32,350 nt of DNA from Edaphobacter sp. (GTDB lineage Bacteria > Acidobacteriota > Terriglobia > Terriglobales > Acidobacteriaceae), in contig DASTSJ010000188.1 in assembly GCA_035760765.1 (NCBI GenBank), forward strand, positions 1 through 32,350, written 5' to 3'. The notes beneath the pieces are model-generated. The model did no database searches, was not told the origin of the DNA, and was given only the letters and a program-made list of their open reading frames with translations. How positions within the stretch are numbered: position 1 is the first letter of the stretch; each line of letters starts with the position of its first letter. Below are positions 7,451-16,802 of the stretch, piece after piece. Made by a program: the position numbers and the translations under genes.

Positions 7451-9373
7451 TTAGACCCCCACGCCTTCGGTCAGCCCAAGCACCTGTGCCGCGGCAAGGT
7501 ACTTCTCTTTCCCAAACGGAGCGCTGACCTGGACACCCTGCACCATCGGCCGAGCCTCTGCCAGCATCTCCTGTGCAATCCGAATTCCTTCAGCGCGAGC
7601 AGCCTCAGGTGAAGTGGTCTGGGCCATCCGGGCCATGATCTCGTCCGGCATGCTGACGCGAAGGTCGTTCTTCATAAACTCAGCATTCCTGAGGCTCGTA
7701 AGCGGCCAAATGCCTGCAATGATCGGAATTCGGAAGCCCTCGATGCGCCGGAGGAACTCTTCAAGGACACGCAGGTCGAAGACTGGCTGTGTAATCGCAA
7801 ACTCCGCACCTGCTTCAACCTTATATGCGAAGCGCCGGACCTCCTGGTCGATATCAGGTACTCCCGGATTTGCCGCGACCGCGATGGTGAAGCCAGTTGA
7901 CTCCCCGATGGAGTTTTTCCCGATGTCGAGCCCGCAGTTGAGATTGCGAACGATATTGACCAGTCCGATTGCATCGACGTCAAACACCGCCGTCGCGTCC
8001 GGGTAGTTGCCAAGCTTGGGCGGATCGCCGGTCAGGCAAAGAATATTCCTTAAACCGATGGATGAGGCTCCCAGTAGATCACTCTGAATACTAAGGACAT
8101 TGCGGTCTCTGCAGGTGTAATGCAGGATCGTCTCGATTCCAACCTTCTGCTGGATCTGGACGCAGAGACTCTGCGCACTCATGCGCGCGCTGGCTCGAGG
8201 AGAGTCCGGCACATTGATGGCGTCGACGCCGAGCTTATGCAGCTGCTCCGCTCCCCGAATCTCGCGTGAGCAATCGATCCCGCGCGGAGGAACGATCTCC
8301 ACCATAGAAATAAACTCGCCCGCGGCGATCATTGCGCCCACCTTGGAGCGCTGCGCCAGCGGAGGCGGCGTAATCTTGGGTGCGGCTGGGGTCTCCGTAC
8401 GGCTCTCCATCACCTGAGCGCCGGTCTCCATCGCATCCAGGGCGCGTAAAGCGCTGCGCATCGCGCGCGTGTAGCTCGGAGTGGTGCCGCAGCAGCCGCC
8501 TACCAGTGAGGCGCCTGCCTTCACCAGTTTGCGGGTAAAGCTGGCCATGTACTCCGGCGACGTCATATAGATGGTTCGCCCTTCGACAGCGCGTGGGATC
8601 CCGGCGTTCGGCATGGCGACGAGGGGAAGGTCAGTCACCGGCCGCATCCGCTCGATGACACTCAACACGGTCGCTGGTCCGGCGCTGCAGTTGCACCCGA
8701 TGGCGTCCGCACCAACCGCGGAGAGTCGACGCGCGGCCGTCTCGGCGGAGGCACCGTCCAGGCAGTTCCCCTCCTCATCGACGGTCACCATTACGATGAC
8801 AGGAATCTCCGGCGCGACCGCGCGAGCAGCGGCGATCGCCTGCTCTGCCTCCGTCAGCGAGGTCATGGTCTCAATGGAAAGAAGATCGACGCCGACGCCG
8901 GGACCTCCCTCCGTAAGAGCGGAGATCTGCTCGGCAAATGCTGCACGCGCCTCGTCGAGCCCCACCTTGCCGAGCGGCTCCAGGCGAACCCCCAATGGGC
9001 CGATCGCACCTGCGACGAAGGCTTCAACGCCCTGCTTATCGCGGATCTGGTTGACAGCTTCACGTGCCAGACGCACTCCGGCGACGTTGATCTCTCTCAC
9101 CTTGTCGCGCAGGCCGAAGTGCTCCAGCCGGAATGCATTCGCACCGAAGGTATTGGTTTCGATCACTTCAGCGCCAGCCTGCAAGTACTCCAGGTGAATC
9201 TCGCGGACAAGCTCCGGTTGCGTCAGATTCAGCTCATCGTAGGAGCGATTGATGAAGACACCACGGGCGTAAAGCATCGTGCCCATCGCTCCATCGCAGA
9301 GCACAGGCGCTCCCTGAAATAGTCTTCGTACAGGCTGTGAGCCGTGTGTCGGGTGCAGGTTCTTGTCACTCAT
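7451..9373 (-). CDS. Bifunctional homocysteine S-methyltransferase / methylenetetrahydrofolate reductase (YitJ-type fusion)
   Basis: N-terminal 'DGAMGTML', 'GCNC', 'PNAG', 'VGGCCGT' (Zn-binding Hcy domain). C-terminal MTHFR 'VEIVPP', 'HYTCRDRN', 'LTGDPP', 'ITQPVFD'. Confidence 0.93.
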   Translation of the reverse strand: MSDKNLHPTHGSQPVRRLFQGAPVLCDGAMGTMLYARGVFINRSYDELNLTQPELVREIHLEYLQAGAEVIETNTFGANAFRLEHFGLRDKVREINVAGVRLAREAVNQIRDKQGVEAFVAGAIGPLGVRLEPLGKVGLDEARAAFAEQISALTEGGPGVGVDLLSIETMTSLTEAEQAIAAARAVAPEIPVIVMVTVDEEGNCLDGASAETAARRLSAVGADAIGCNCSAGPATVLSVIERMRPVTDLPLVAMPNAGIPRAVEGRTIYMTSPEYMASFTRKLVKAGASLVGGCCGTTPSYTRAMRSALRALDAMETGAQVMESRTETPAAPKITPPPLAQRSKVGAMIAAGEFISMVEIVPPRGIDCSREIRGAEQLHKLGVDAINVPDSPRASARMSAQSLCVQIQQKVGIETILHYTCRDRNVLSIQSDLLGASSIGLRNILCLTGDPPKLGNYPDATAVFDVDAIGLVNIVRNLNCGLDIGKNSIGESTGFTIAVAANPGVPDIDQEVRRFAYKVEAGAEFAITQPVFDLRVLEEFLRRIEGFRIPIIAGIWPLTSLRNAEFMKNDLRVSMPDEIMARMAQTTSPEAARAEGIRIAQEMLAEARPMVQGVQVSAPFGKEKYLAAAQVLGLTEGVGV

Positions 9374-9531
9374 TCGGGAATACCGGCCTAATCTTTCTAT
9401 CTTAAGGCACCACGGGGGGCCGCTCCAAATCCCGTCGGCGCAGCGTTGTCGACGCTTCGCTTTGTTATACTTTGCCTTAGAGTTGTGGCCGCAAAACCCA
9501 CACTTTTAGCGCAGTTCGGAGTCAGTCACCG

Positions 9532-10995
9532 TTGAAGAATAGAAGTCGCTTTCCACAGTCGTTCTGCGCGCAGTTGCTCTGCGGCCTTGTCCTCGCATTT
9601 ATCACCCTTGGCCTTAGCTCCTGCGGGGTGCGGTACTACAAGTTCCGTGAGTATACCTTCGCGAATCGCCCCGTTCCCCCCAGCAAGCTGAGCACCCGTG
9701 TCCTGGTGAGCATCACGATCAACGGTTCCCAAGGAGCGCTGCAGATGCTCGACGCTGAGCGAGACATCCGCAACAGCATCTTCAATCCCAACTCGACCTT
9801 TCCGATCTCCGGATATGCTGCGGGCTATCCCAACATGATCTTCAACTTTCCGGAGCAGGTTCTGGGCTACGTCTATTCCAACTCGGACGGGAGCCTGACA
9901 CAGGTGGACTACGGGAAGGAAGCCGTGGCCGGTTCCGGCGGAACATTGCCCTCGAAGGCCGATTCCATCGCCGTACCCGTCGGCTTCAAACACGTCTACG
10001 CCGCTGTCTCATCGCTTGGCGTCCTGACGGTCATCGATAACACCAACGGACAGACCTATTACCTTAACCTGCCGAACGTCTATCGCGTCGCCGTCAATCA
10101 GGGCGACTCCGTGGTGTTGGCGATGGTGCGGAACTCCAATACCCTCTACAGGCTACTGAGGCTTAATCAAAACCAACCGGCCGTTCCCGGCGCGATCGAT
10201 TGCCAGCCGTATGCCGTCCCCGTGTGGTGCGTGGTTCCTGTACCGGACAGCCCGAGCAAGCCGAGTCTCGATCGGCCCGTGGGAGCGTATTTCTCGCTCG
10301 ACGGAGCGACGGCTTACGTCGTGAACTGCGGTCCGGAGTGTGGTGGAAACACCGCCGGTCTCACAACCATTCCGCAGGATGCTCTGCGGGTGGATAACTA
10401 TCCCACCTCGGCTCCCTACCCGTCCCCAGTCACAGGGAGCATAGCCGTACCGGGAGGAGCGACCAGCGTCCTTGCCGATGGCACAACCCTCTACGTTGCC
10501 GGCCAACAGCTTCAGCCAGATGGCCTCTTTGCAGGCATGCTGTCAGTCCTGGATCTGAATAGCAACACGGTCACCGGACAGTACTCGATCTCCGACGGCT
10601 ATCACACCAAGATGCTGTTGGGCGACGACAACACCCTTTGGATCGGATCGCAGGGCTGCGCCACCGGAGAACGCGCCAAGCTGAAGCAGAACTACAACTG
10701 CCTGACCCGCTACGACATCGGTGCGAAGTCCGCGAAAGTTGTCCCAGACGTCAATCCCAGCGATCCGAACTCGAAGGTTCCGTATCCGAATGCCAACGAG
10801 AACAAATACTATTATGGCGATTTGACCGGTCTTTGCTGGGTACAGGGCTGGCATAAGATGTACACCGCCTATGGCGGACAGGTACACGCCTTCAATACGG
10901 CTGACGGATCTGAGATCAACAACGCGCAGTTTACCGTTCAGGGCACGGCGCTCGACGTCGCATTCATGGACGCGGCCACCAACTCAGCGAACTGA
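9532..10995 (+). CDS. Hypothetical lipoprotein, probable beta-propeller (YncE-like)
   Basis: 487 aa with lipobox-like 'ITLGLSS/C'. Beta-rich repeats ('YFSLDGATAYVVN', 'DGTTLYVAG', 'DDNTLWIG') and several paired Cys. TTG start is uncertain. Confidence 0.7.
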   Translation: MKNRSRFPQSFCAQLLCGLVLAFITLGLSSCGVRYYKFREYTFANRPVPPSKLSTRVLVSITINGSQGALQMLDAERDIRNSIFNPNSTFPISGYAAGYPNMIFNFPEQVLGYVYSNSDGSLTQVDYGKEAVAGSGGTLPSKADSIAVPVGFKHVYAAVSSLGVLTVIDNTNGQTYYLNLPNVYRVAVNQGDSVVLAMVRNSNTLYRLLRLNQNQPAVPGAIDCQPYAVPVWCVVPVPDSPSKPSLDRPVGAYFSLDGATAYVVNCGPECGGNTAGLTTIPQDALRVDNYPTSAPYPSPVTGSIAVPGGATSVLADGTTLYVAGQQLQPDGLFAGMLSVLDLNSNTVTGQYSISDGYHTKMLLGDDNTLWIGSQGCATGERAKLKQNYNCLTRYDIGAKSAKVVPDVNPSDPNSKVPYPNANENKYYYGDLTGLCWVQGWHKMYTAYGGQVHAFNTADGSEINNAQFTVQGTALDVAFMDAATNSAN

Positions 10996-11022
10996 ACTGC
11001 TCTAACAATGAGCAGCAAACTC

Positions 11023-11052
11023 AAGGGGGAGATCTGCTTCGATCTCCCCCTT
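11023..11052. terminator. Perfect 12-bp hairpin between lipoprotein gene and bshB1
   Basis: AAGGGGGAGATC-tgcttc-GATCTCCCCCTT followed by ACTATTT. A smaller CTGCTC/GAGCAG hairpin precedes it. Confidence 0.6.
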
Positions 11053-11069
11053 ACTATTTGGTGAACTCT

Positions 11070-11786
11070 ATGATCGACATCCTGGCTATAGCAGCGCATC
11101 GTGATGACGTGGAACAGACCTGCGGTGGAACCCTCCTCGCGATGCACGCTCGCGGCTGGAAGACTGGGATTCTTGACCTGACCCAGGGGGAGGCTGGAAC
11201 CCGGGGCACTGCCGAGGACCGGCGTGCCGAGGCGGAAGCAGCCGCGCGAATTCTGCATGTAAGCCACCGCGAAGCGCTCGACCTTCCGGACGGGAACGTC
11301 GAGAATACGCTTCCGAACCGTCTTAAGATCGCAAGCGTCCTGCGCCGGCTTCGGCCTCGCGTCGTTATCCTGCCGTACTGGACGGGGCGTCATCCCGACC
11401 ACTACACCACCGCAACTCTCGGCTATGAAGCCTGCTTTGTCAGTGGCCTTAGCAAGCTGGAGATTCCCGGCATCGACCTTCCGCCCCACAGGCCGTACAA
11501 GGTTCTCTACGCCTCGCTCTATGCGGACGTGCGTCCTTCGTTCGTGGTAGACATCACGCCGTATGCAGAGCAGAGGCTGCAATCCCTCCTCGCTTACCGT
11601 TCGCAGTATGCCAACCAACAGGCGGGAGGCGGACTATTTGTTCCTGAAGAGGACATTCGCGAACGAACCTTCGCCACCGCTCGACACTATGGCCTGCTCG
11701 CCGGAGTGCGTTATGCAGAACCTTTTGTCCAGAAAGAAGTGGGGCTGGTGCATGATCTGATGGAGCTTCCCGTCCAGTCGATCTGA
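11070..11786 (+). CDS. bshB1: Bacillithiol biosynthesis deacetylase (PIG-L/LmbE family)
   Basis: 'ILAIAAHRDDVEQTCGGTL', 'LDLTQGEAGTRGT', 'RHPDH', 'VDIT...AYRSQ', 'GVRYAEPF'. Confidence 0.85.
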   Translation: MIDILAIAAHRDDVEQTCGGTLLAMHARGWKTGILDLTQGEAGTRGTAEDRRAEAEAAARILHVSHREALDLPDGNVENTLPNRLKIASVLRRLRPRVVILPYWTGRHPDHYTTATLGYEACFVSGLSKLEIPGIDLPPHRPYKVLYASLYADVRPSFVVDITPYAEQRLQSLLAYRSQYANQQAGGGLFVPEEDIRERTFATARHYGLLAGVRYAEPFVQKEVGLVHDLMELPVQSI

Positions 11787-11805
11787 TCTAGCTCTCACCG
11801 GGCTT

Positions 11806-13005
11806 CTACGGTTGCTCGCCTTCTGATGCGGAGTTACCCGGCCAATCGGGAGCAGCCACGATCACACGGTTCCTTCCGTTCCGCTTGGCCTGATAGAGTG
11901 CGGAATCGCTGTCCTCCACCAGGTTCTGCCAGTGCAGACCTGAGACCTCAGAACATGCCACACCAAGGCTGGCGCGAGTCTGGATGACCTCTCCTCGGTA
12001 GCGGATCACCAGATCGTAGATCTCCTCGCGCAGCCTTTCGGCCACATGAACGGCATCATGAATGGAGCTATCGGGAAGAACCAGGCAGAACTCATCGCCC
12101 CCGATTCGCGCAACGGAGTCCCGTGCCCGAACTGTCTCCTGCAAAATTCCGCCAACCGCCTGCAGGACGATATCTCCGCAGGTATGGCCCTTTGTATCGT
12201 TGACACCCTTCAATCCATCCAGATCCAGCATCACGACGGAGAGGCTGGAATTCGTTCGACGACAGTGCTGGATCTCTCGAAGAGCGGTCCGCTTCAGTGC
12301 CCACCGATTGAGAAGCCCCGTAAGATCATCCACCTGGGCTCTCCATAGCAATTCGATCCGCAACTTTGTCGCTGAAAGGGACATAAAGCCAAAGGCCGTC
12401 GCGGCGGTCGTAAGCAGGCAGAGGAGAAGCCAGAACGAAGCATCGCGGACGATCTCAGCCATCTCTCCCGACCATCCGTGATAAATACTCGCAACTCCTC
12501 TTAGGACCAGAAGAAGGGCGTAGACCGAGAGGGCAATTCCAGTGAACCATCCCAGTGGCCGAGCTTCCTCTTCCGAAAACTGGAAGAGGAGGGCGGCGAT
12601 AAGCCCCGTGGTGAGGGCAAGCGCCAGGAAAAGGAATGCGCGAGGAACGCTCATCCCTACCGGGAGAATCATGAAGGAAGCGAGCAGGATCGGCACGGCG
12701 GCTGCGACTGCAATTTGCAGCCACTGCAGGGTCATTTTGCGCTCCAGAAGAGAGGCAAAGCTTTGATGGAGCATCAGCAGCCCGGCAAGTGACAGCACCC
12801 CGGCCGCGAAGTCCAATGGAGCGCCGGGCTCCGAGCGCACCATCCCCACGCCAAGTACGAGCATTGCGGTGCCACGGCAAAGATTCGCGCCCGCGAACCA
12901 TGCCGCCCCTCGCACTCCTCCCACAGCCCTGGCATTCAATAGCATTACGCCTGCGCATAATGCAAAAAGAAGTACATTTGCAAGAACCAGCGTCGTCCTG
13001 TCCAT
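11806..13005 (-). CDS. Membrane-bound diguanylate cyclase (multi-TM N-terminus + GGDEF)
   Basis: About 7 hydrophobic segments, then 'DDLTGLLNR', 'DLDGLKGVND..GH..GD', an intact 'GGDEF', RxxD I-site 'RARD' and 'ALYQAKRNGRNR'. Start is either 13005 or 13017. Confidence 0.93.
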   Translation of the reverse strand: MDRTTLVLANVLLFALCAGVMLLNARAVGGVRGAAWFAGANLCRGTAMLVLGVGMVRSEPGAPLDFAAGVLSLAGLLMLHQSFASLLERKMTLQWLQIAVAAAVPILLASFMILPVGMSVPRAFLFLALALTTGLIAALLFQFSEEEARPLGWFTGIALSVYALLLVLRGVASIYHGWSGEMAEIVRDASFWLLLCLLTTAATAFGFMSLSATKLRIELLWRAQVDDLTGLLNRWALKRTALREIQHCRRTNSSLSVVMLDLDGLKGVNDTKGHTCGDIVLQAVGGILQETVRARDSVARIGGDEFCLVLPDSSIHDAVHVAERLREEIYDLVIRYRGEVIQTRASLGVACSEVSGLHWQNLVEDSDSALYQAKRNGRNRVIVAAPDWPGNSASEGEQP

Positions 13006-13197
13006 CGTACCCGCCATCCAGGTTCATTTACCTGGACTCTTGTTCGATCTCAACTCAGGTAAAGAAGAATGACTGACCCGTTCCCTCTTTGTGGGGTTGC
13101 GTGGAACATACAACCCCGACCAAACTCTTTAAACGATTGAACGCCGAGCATATACCCGGCGGTCAAAAAACCAAAGCATGAATTTACGGAAAAGAAG

Positions 13198-13803
13198 CTA
13201 GCCGTAAACGGCCGACCGGACAAAGTCCACAATCGCACCGGTCACATAGAGTGGTGGCCGCATCGCCAGCACTGGGGTTCCTGAAATCAGCTTCAACGAA
13301 ACGCCTTTCCACTCCGGCCTGCCCAGAGTCCCCTCCGGGACCAGCACGGCGTCGGCCCGGTCCAGGTAGATTCGGGCAGATTCCTTGAAGTCCTCCACCG
13401 CGGGATCAAGCACGCTGAGGTAGAGGTCTGGGCGAATAAACCTAAGGATACTGTTCGACTCGATGATGGCATTTCTGCTTTGCTCAAGTTCCCTGCGAAT
13501 TCTTGGCATGGCTTCGGCCAGATCTCCCGTCCGCGTCCTTACCCAAAAAGATCGCACAGCCCCCGCTGCCAGGTAGCGGGCGGAGTCGGTCCCGCTATCT
13601 CGACTGCGCTCTTCACTTACCGCAAGCGTATGTTCCGCAGTCTCGCAGTCGCAGGGCTCTCCGTTCGCCGAACACATACCATGACCAAACTGAGTGATCT
13701 TGAAGGCGGTCCACTCCATCTCCTGCATCTCGCGAATAAGTCCTGCGACGACGCTGGTCTTGCCGATATTGCGTGAATGTCCACCCACCACGACGACTGC
13801 CAT
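13198..13803 (-). CDS. Hypothetical P-loop NTPase (MobB-like N-terminus)
   Basis: 'VVVVGGHSRNIGKTS' Walker-A-like motif, 'AFKIT', a His/Cys cluster 'HGMCSANGEPCDC' and 'IIESNS'. AAGGGG RBS directly after the lpxD stop. Confidence 0.7.
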   Translation of the reverse strand: MAVVVVGGHSRNIGKTSVVAGLIREMQEMEWTAFKITQFGHGMCSANGEPCDCETAEHTLAVSEERSRDSGTDSARYLAAGAVRSFWVRTRTGDLAEAMPRIRRELEQSRNAIIESNSILRFIRPDLYLSVLDPAVEDFKESARIYLDRADAVLVPEGTLGRPEWKGVSLKLISGTPVLAMRPPLYVTGAIVDFVRSAVYG

Positions 13804-13815
13804 GCTGCATCCCTT

Positions 13816-14760
13816 CTAGGTCCGGTCGCTGCCGCGCTTCAGACGGGCCAGATCTCGGAGATACTCCTTGAGCGGCCTCGCAGGGCGGCCCCAGAAGACC
13901 TCTCCCTTGCCGTGCATCTTCTTTCCGCTCAATACGCCTGCTCCGCCCCCCAGGATCACACCCTCACCCACGGTCGCGTGCTCGCCGATGCCGACCTGGC
14001 CACCGAGGATCGCGCCGTCTTCCACAACAGACGAGCCTGAGATCCCTGTCTGGGCAGCGATGACCACATTCCTGCCGATCACGCAGTTATGACCGATGTG
14101 GACGAGATTGTCGATCTTCGTGCCCTGTCCAATCCGGGTCTCCCCCAGGGCTCCGCGATCGATCGCCGTATTGGCGCCGATCTCGACACGGTCTTCGATC
14201 AACAGCCGACCCTGCTGGGGAAACAACACGTACTCACCCGTCTCCGGGTTTGGTGCATAGCCAAAGCCCGCAGAGCCCAGCACCGTCCCCGCCTGCACCA
14301 CAACCTCATTGCCAAGCGTCACTCCGGAGTAGATGGTCACACGGGCATCGATCCGGCAGTCCCTGCCGATACGAACTCCATCCTCGATAACAACGCCGGG
14401 CCCAATCCGGGTCCCCGGGCCTATGCTGACATCTGCCCCAACAACCGCGGAGGGATGAATCCCAGCCACAAAGCCCTTGCCCGCCAGCCTCTGAGCCAGC
14501 ACGGAAAATGCATATCTCGCATCCCTAACCCAAAGTACGCGGGAGTCCAGGATCTGATCGGCGTCCTTGTGCAGCCTTTTTGCCGCCAGAACCAGGCCGG
14601 CTCGCGAACTCAAGGCCGCCTGCAGAGTCGCAGCATCTGTGGCAAACACAGCGCTGTCGGTAGTAGCAGCTTCAATGCTCGATACACGTCTGATCTCGAT
14701 AGGAGATATCGCCTCGGGCGTCAACTCGAGCCAAAGCGCGATCTCATTCAGCATTGCCAT
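13816..14760 (-). CDS. lpxD: UDP-3-O-(3-hydroxyacyl)glucosamine N-acyltransferase
   Basis: Hexapeptide repeats, 'GSAGFGY', '[30 protein letters not shown]', 'GGQVGI', 'WGRPA'. ATG 14760 lies 1 nt after the upstream stop. Confidence 0.93.
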   Translation of the reverse strand: MAMLNEIALWLELTPEAISPIEIRRVSSIEAATTDSAVFATDAATLQAALSSRAGLVLAAKRLHKDADQILDSRVLWVRDARYAFSVLAQRLAGKGFVAGIHPSAVVGADVSIGPGTRIGPGVVIEDGVRIGRDCRIDARVTIYSGVTLGNEVVVQAGTVLGSAGFGYAPNPETGEYVLFPQQGRLLIEDRVEIGANTAIDRGALGETRIGQGTKIDNLVHIGHNCVIGRNVVIAAQTGISGSSVVEDGAILGGQVGIGEHATVGEGVILGGGAGVLSGKKMHGKGEVFWGRPARPLKEYLRDLARLKRGSDRT

Positions 14761-14761
14761 C

Positions 14762-15706
14762 TCAGTAGATTCCCTCTTCTCCTGCTGGCCTTGTCTTCCA
14801 CCGGCGATGCATCCACAGCCACTGCTCAGGATACCGCCGCACGTAATCCTCAAGCACGGCGGTAAACCTGGCCGTGTTACTCACTGCATCTGCCTCTGTA
14901 TCGCCTGTCGATTGGACAGGAATCTCCTCGCCAAAGTGCAATACATATCGTTGCTCCGACGTCTCCCATAGCAGGAATCCGGGAACTACGGCAGCCCCGG
15001 TCTTGGCGGCAACACGCGCCATTCCACTGGCGGTACATGCCTCAACCCCAAAAAACGGGACAAAGACCCCCTGCGGGGGCGTCATATTCGTGTCCATCAG
15101 GATTCCCACGGTCTCTCCTGCACGCATGGAAGCGATCAGGCCCCGTGCGAAGTCGTCCTTGTGGAGCACACGATTTCCATGCAGGCAGCGGATTCGATTG
15201 ACGAAGCGATCGACCAGCGGATTATCGAGGCGACGAATGACCATCCCCATCGGATATCCCATCAGCGAATGGTAGAAGCTTGAAAGCTCCCATGCCCCCA
15301 GGTGTCCCGTAAGGACAAGAACACCCTTACCGCGATCGCGTGCGCGCAAATAGTTCTCAAGCCCCTCATATCGGATGAAGCGGCTTGCCTGCTGGGGAGT
15401 GTAATGGGGCATCAGACAAAACTCAGCCAACAGATAACCCAGGTTGCGATAAAGCTCTTTCAGAATCTGCTGACGGCGGGTGGGATCCATCTCAGGAAAG
15501 GCCAGTTGCAGGTTCCGTCTGCCTACATTGCGGAGACGAGCCAGCCCGTAGTACGCAAGCTCGCCGATTGCTGCGCCCGTACTGCGCGCAACGCTTCGAG
15601 GAAGCGTCCCGATCATACGAACCATCATCCAGACGATGGCAAACTCCATCTGCTCCCGCAGAGTGGGCTTAGCCGGATTCGGCTTTATTTGCTTTGCGTC
15701 TTTCAA
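14762..15706 (-). CDS. Lipid A biosynthesis acyltransferase (LpxL/HtrB family)
   Basis: 'LTGHLGAWE' (HxxxxE), 'RNLQLAFPE', 'VFVPFFG', '[16 protein letters not shown]'. TTG start inferred. Confidence 0.9.
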   Translation of the reverse strand: MKDAKQIKPNPAKPTLREQMEFAIVWMMVRMIGTLPRSVARSTGAAIGELAYYGLARLRNVGRRNLQLAFPEMDPTRRQQILKELYRNLGYLLAEFCLMPHYTPQQASRFIRYEGLENYLRARDRGKGVLVLTGHLGAWELSSFYHSLMGYPMGMVIRRLDNPLVDRFVNRIRCLHGNRVLHKDDFARGLIASMRAGETVGILMDTNMTPPQGVFVPFFGVEACTASGMARVAAKTGAAVVPGFLLWETSEQRYVLHFGEEIPVQSTGDTEADAVSNTARFTAVLEDYVRRYPEQWLWMHRRWKTRPAGEEGIY

Positions 15707-15749
15707 GCCATCAGTCTATATGGATCGCTCTAAATTCTCCCACAGACCG

Positions 15750-15784
15750 AAAAAGAGGGGCACCCATGCGGTGTACCCCTCTTC
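15750..15784 (-). terminator. Rho-independent terminator of SYLF gene
   Basis: On the minus strand, AAGAGGGGTAC-accgcatgg-GTGCCCCTCTT followed by TTT. Confidence 0.75.
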
Positions 15785-15804
15785 GAACTACTGAATGAAC
15801 GCGT

Positions 15805-16521
15805 CTACTCGCCGGCTCGAGCGGCTACGAAATATTTCGCGACGGTACGCACAAACGGACGCGCCTCCTCAGGTGTCGCGCGATTTCCCTTCAGGATCGT
15901 CTCGAACGGGATCGCAGTGCCATACATCACGCGGGTGTCGTCGTCATTCTGCGAAAGTACAGTACCGTCGAGATCAATTCCGGCAAAGAGCCCTTTGCTG
16001 CGCGAGTAGGTAAGCAGTTCCGCATTCATCTTCCAGTCCGTTCCAGCTTGTGCATTGCGGCCGACTGGTCCGGCCGAAGCAGCCGCATCGGCCCCGATTT
16101 TGAACTTGTTCTTCAACATGTCCTGCATGCCGCGATCGTTCATCGCAACGATAATCAGGTCCGTCGCCTGGCCGCCGATCTGGAAACCGAAGCTTCCACC
16201 TGCAAGCTGAACGAACACGGGAGCGCTCCACCCTCGGGAGGTGCGGCAGGTCGCCACGCCTTGACCGTACTGAGCACCTACGACGAAAGCAGCCTTTTTG
16301 AAGCTCGGAATCACGGCCACGCAGTTTGCTCCCGACAGTATCTCCTGCGGAATACCCTTGTCAGGAGCCGCCATAATCTGGGAAATGACCGCCTGAGCGT
16401 CTTGCAGCCTTTCGTCCAGCTTTGCCCGGTCGCTTGCTGCGTACCCTACTGCCGAACTGGCCATCATTGCAATGCCGCAAGCAGCCACAGACAAACCCTT
16501 CATCCATCGTTCCATCTTCAA
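15805..16521 (-). CDS. Secreted lipid-binding SYLF/Ysc84 domain protein
   Basis: Signal peptide, then 'VIPSFKKAAFVVGAQYGQG', 'GWSAP', 'GGSFGFQIGGQATD', 'AGPVGR', 'YSRSKGLFAGIDLDG'. Start is TTG 16521 or ATG 16515. Confidence 0.92.
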   Translation of the reverse strand: MKMERWMKGLSVAACGIAMMASSAVGYAASDRAKLDERLQDAQAVISQIMAAPDKGIPQEILSGANCVAVIPSFKKAAFVVGAQYGQGVATCRTSRGWSAPVFVQLAGGSFGFQIGGQATDLIIVAMNDRGMQDMLKNKFKIGADAAASAGPVGRNAQAGTDWKMNAELLTYSRSKGLFAGIDLDGTVLSQNDDDTRVMYGTAIPFETILKGNRATPEEARPFVRTVAKYFVAARAGE

Positions 16522-16626
16522 CTAACCTTTCGTATACAGAAGCGCGTTTAAATTATTGGTTTACAACAGGGTATTGGACGAATCTCCCTGGGGCAGCGTT
16601 GCTTTTCCACAGTGTGCCCGGCTGGA

Positions 16627-16718
16627 AAGAAAAAATGGGGGTTGTAGAGAAGTCGCCTGAATCATCAGGCGCGCTCTCTACAACCCCTCTCCCAGGTCTG
16701 TGTTGCTTGATATGAGAT
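16627..16718 (-). ncRNA. Candidate ~90-nt small RNA ending in a long terminator hairpin
   Basis: TATGCT -10-like box at 16725-16730 (minus). Stem GGGGTTGTAGAGA/TCTCTACAACCCC (13 bp) plus inner CGCCTGA/TCAGGCG (7 bp), then ATTTTTTCTTT. It could instead be only the regulator gene's terminator. Confidence 0.4.
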
Positions 16719-16802
16719 TGCATCAGCATACGGGGAACTTCAACAGTACGGAGGTATGTAGACCTTCGCGCTTCCTGTCACCTGTAACCCATTGCAATGG
16801 TC

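Noticed and set aside
9374-9531. SAM-I riboswitch upstream of the yitJ-like gene
   Set aside because: No ATC...GAG / GCAACC / GTGC core visible, and a -10-like TAAGAT lies only ~25 nt from the ATG.
14761-14853. N-terminal extension of lpxD in the ORF track
   Set aside because: Overlaps the conserved C-terminus of the LpxL-like gene. ATG 14760, 1 nt after its stop, is the plausible start.
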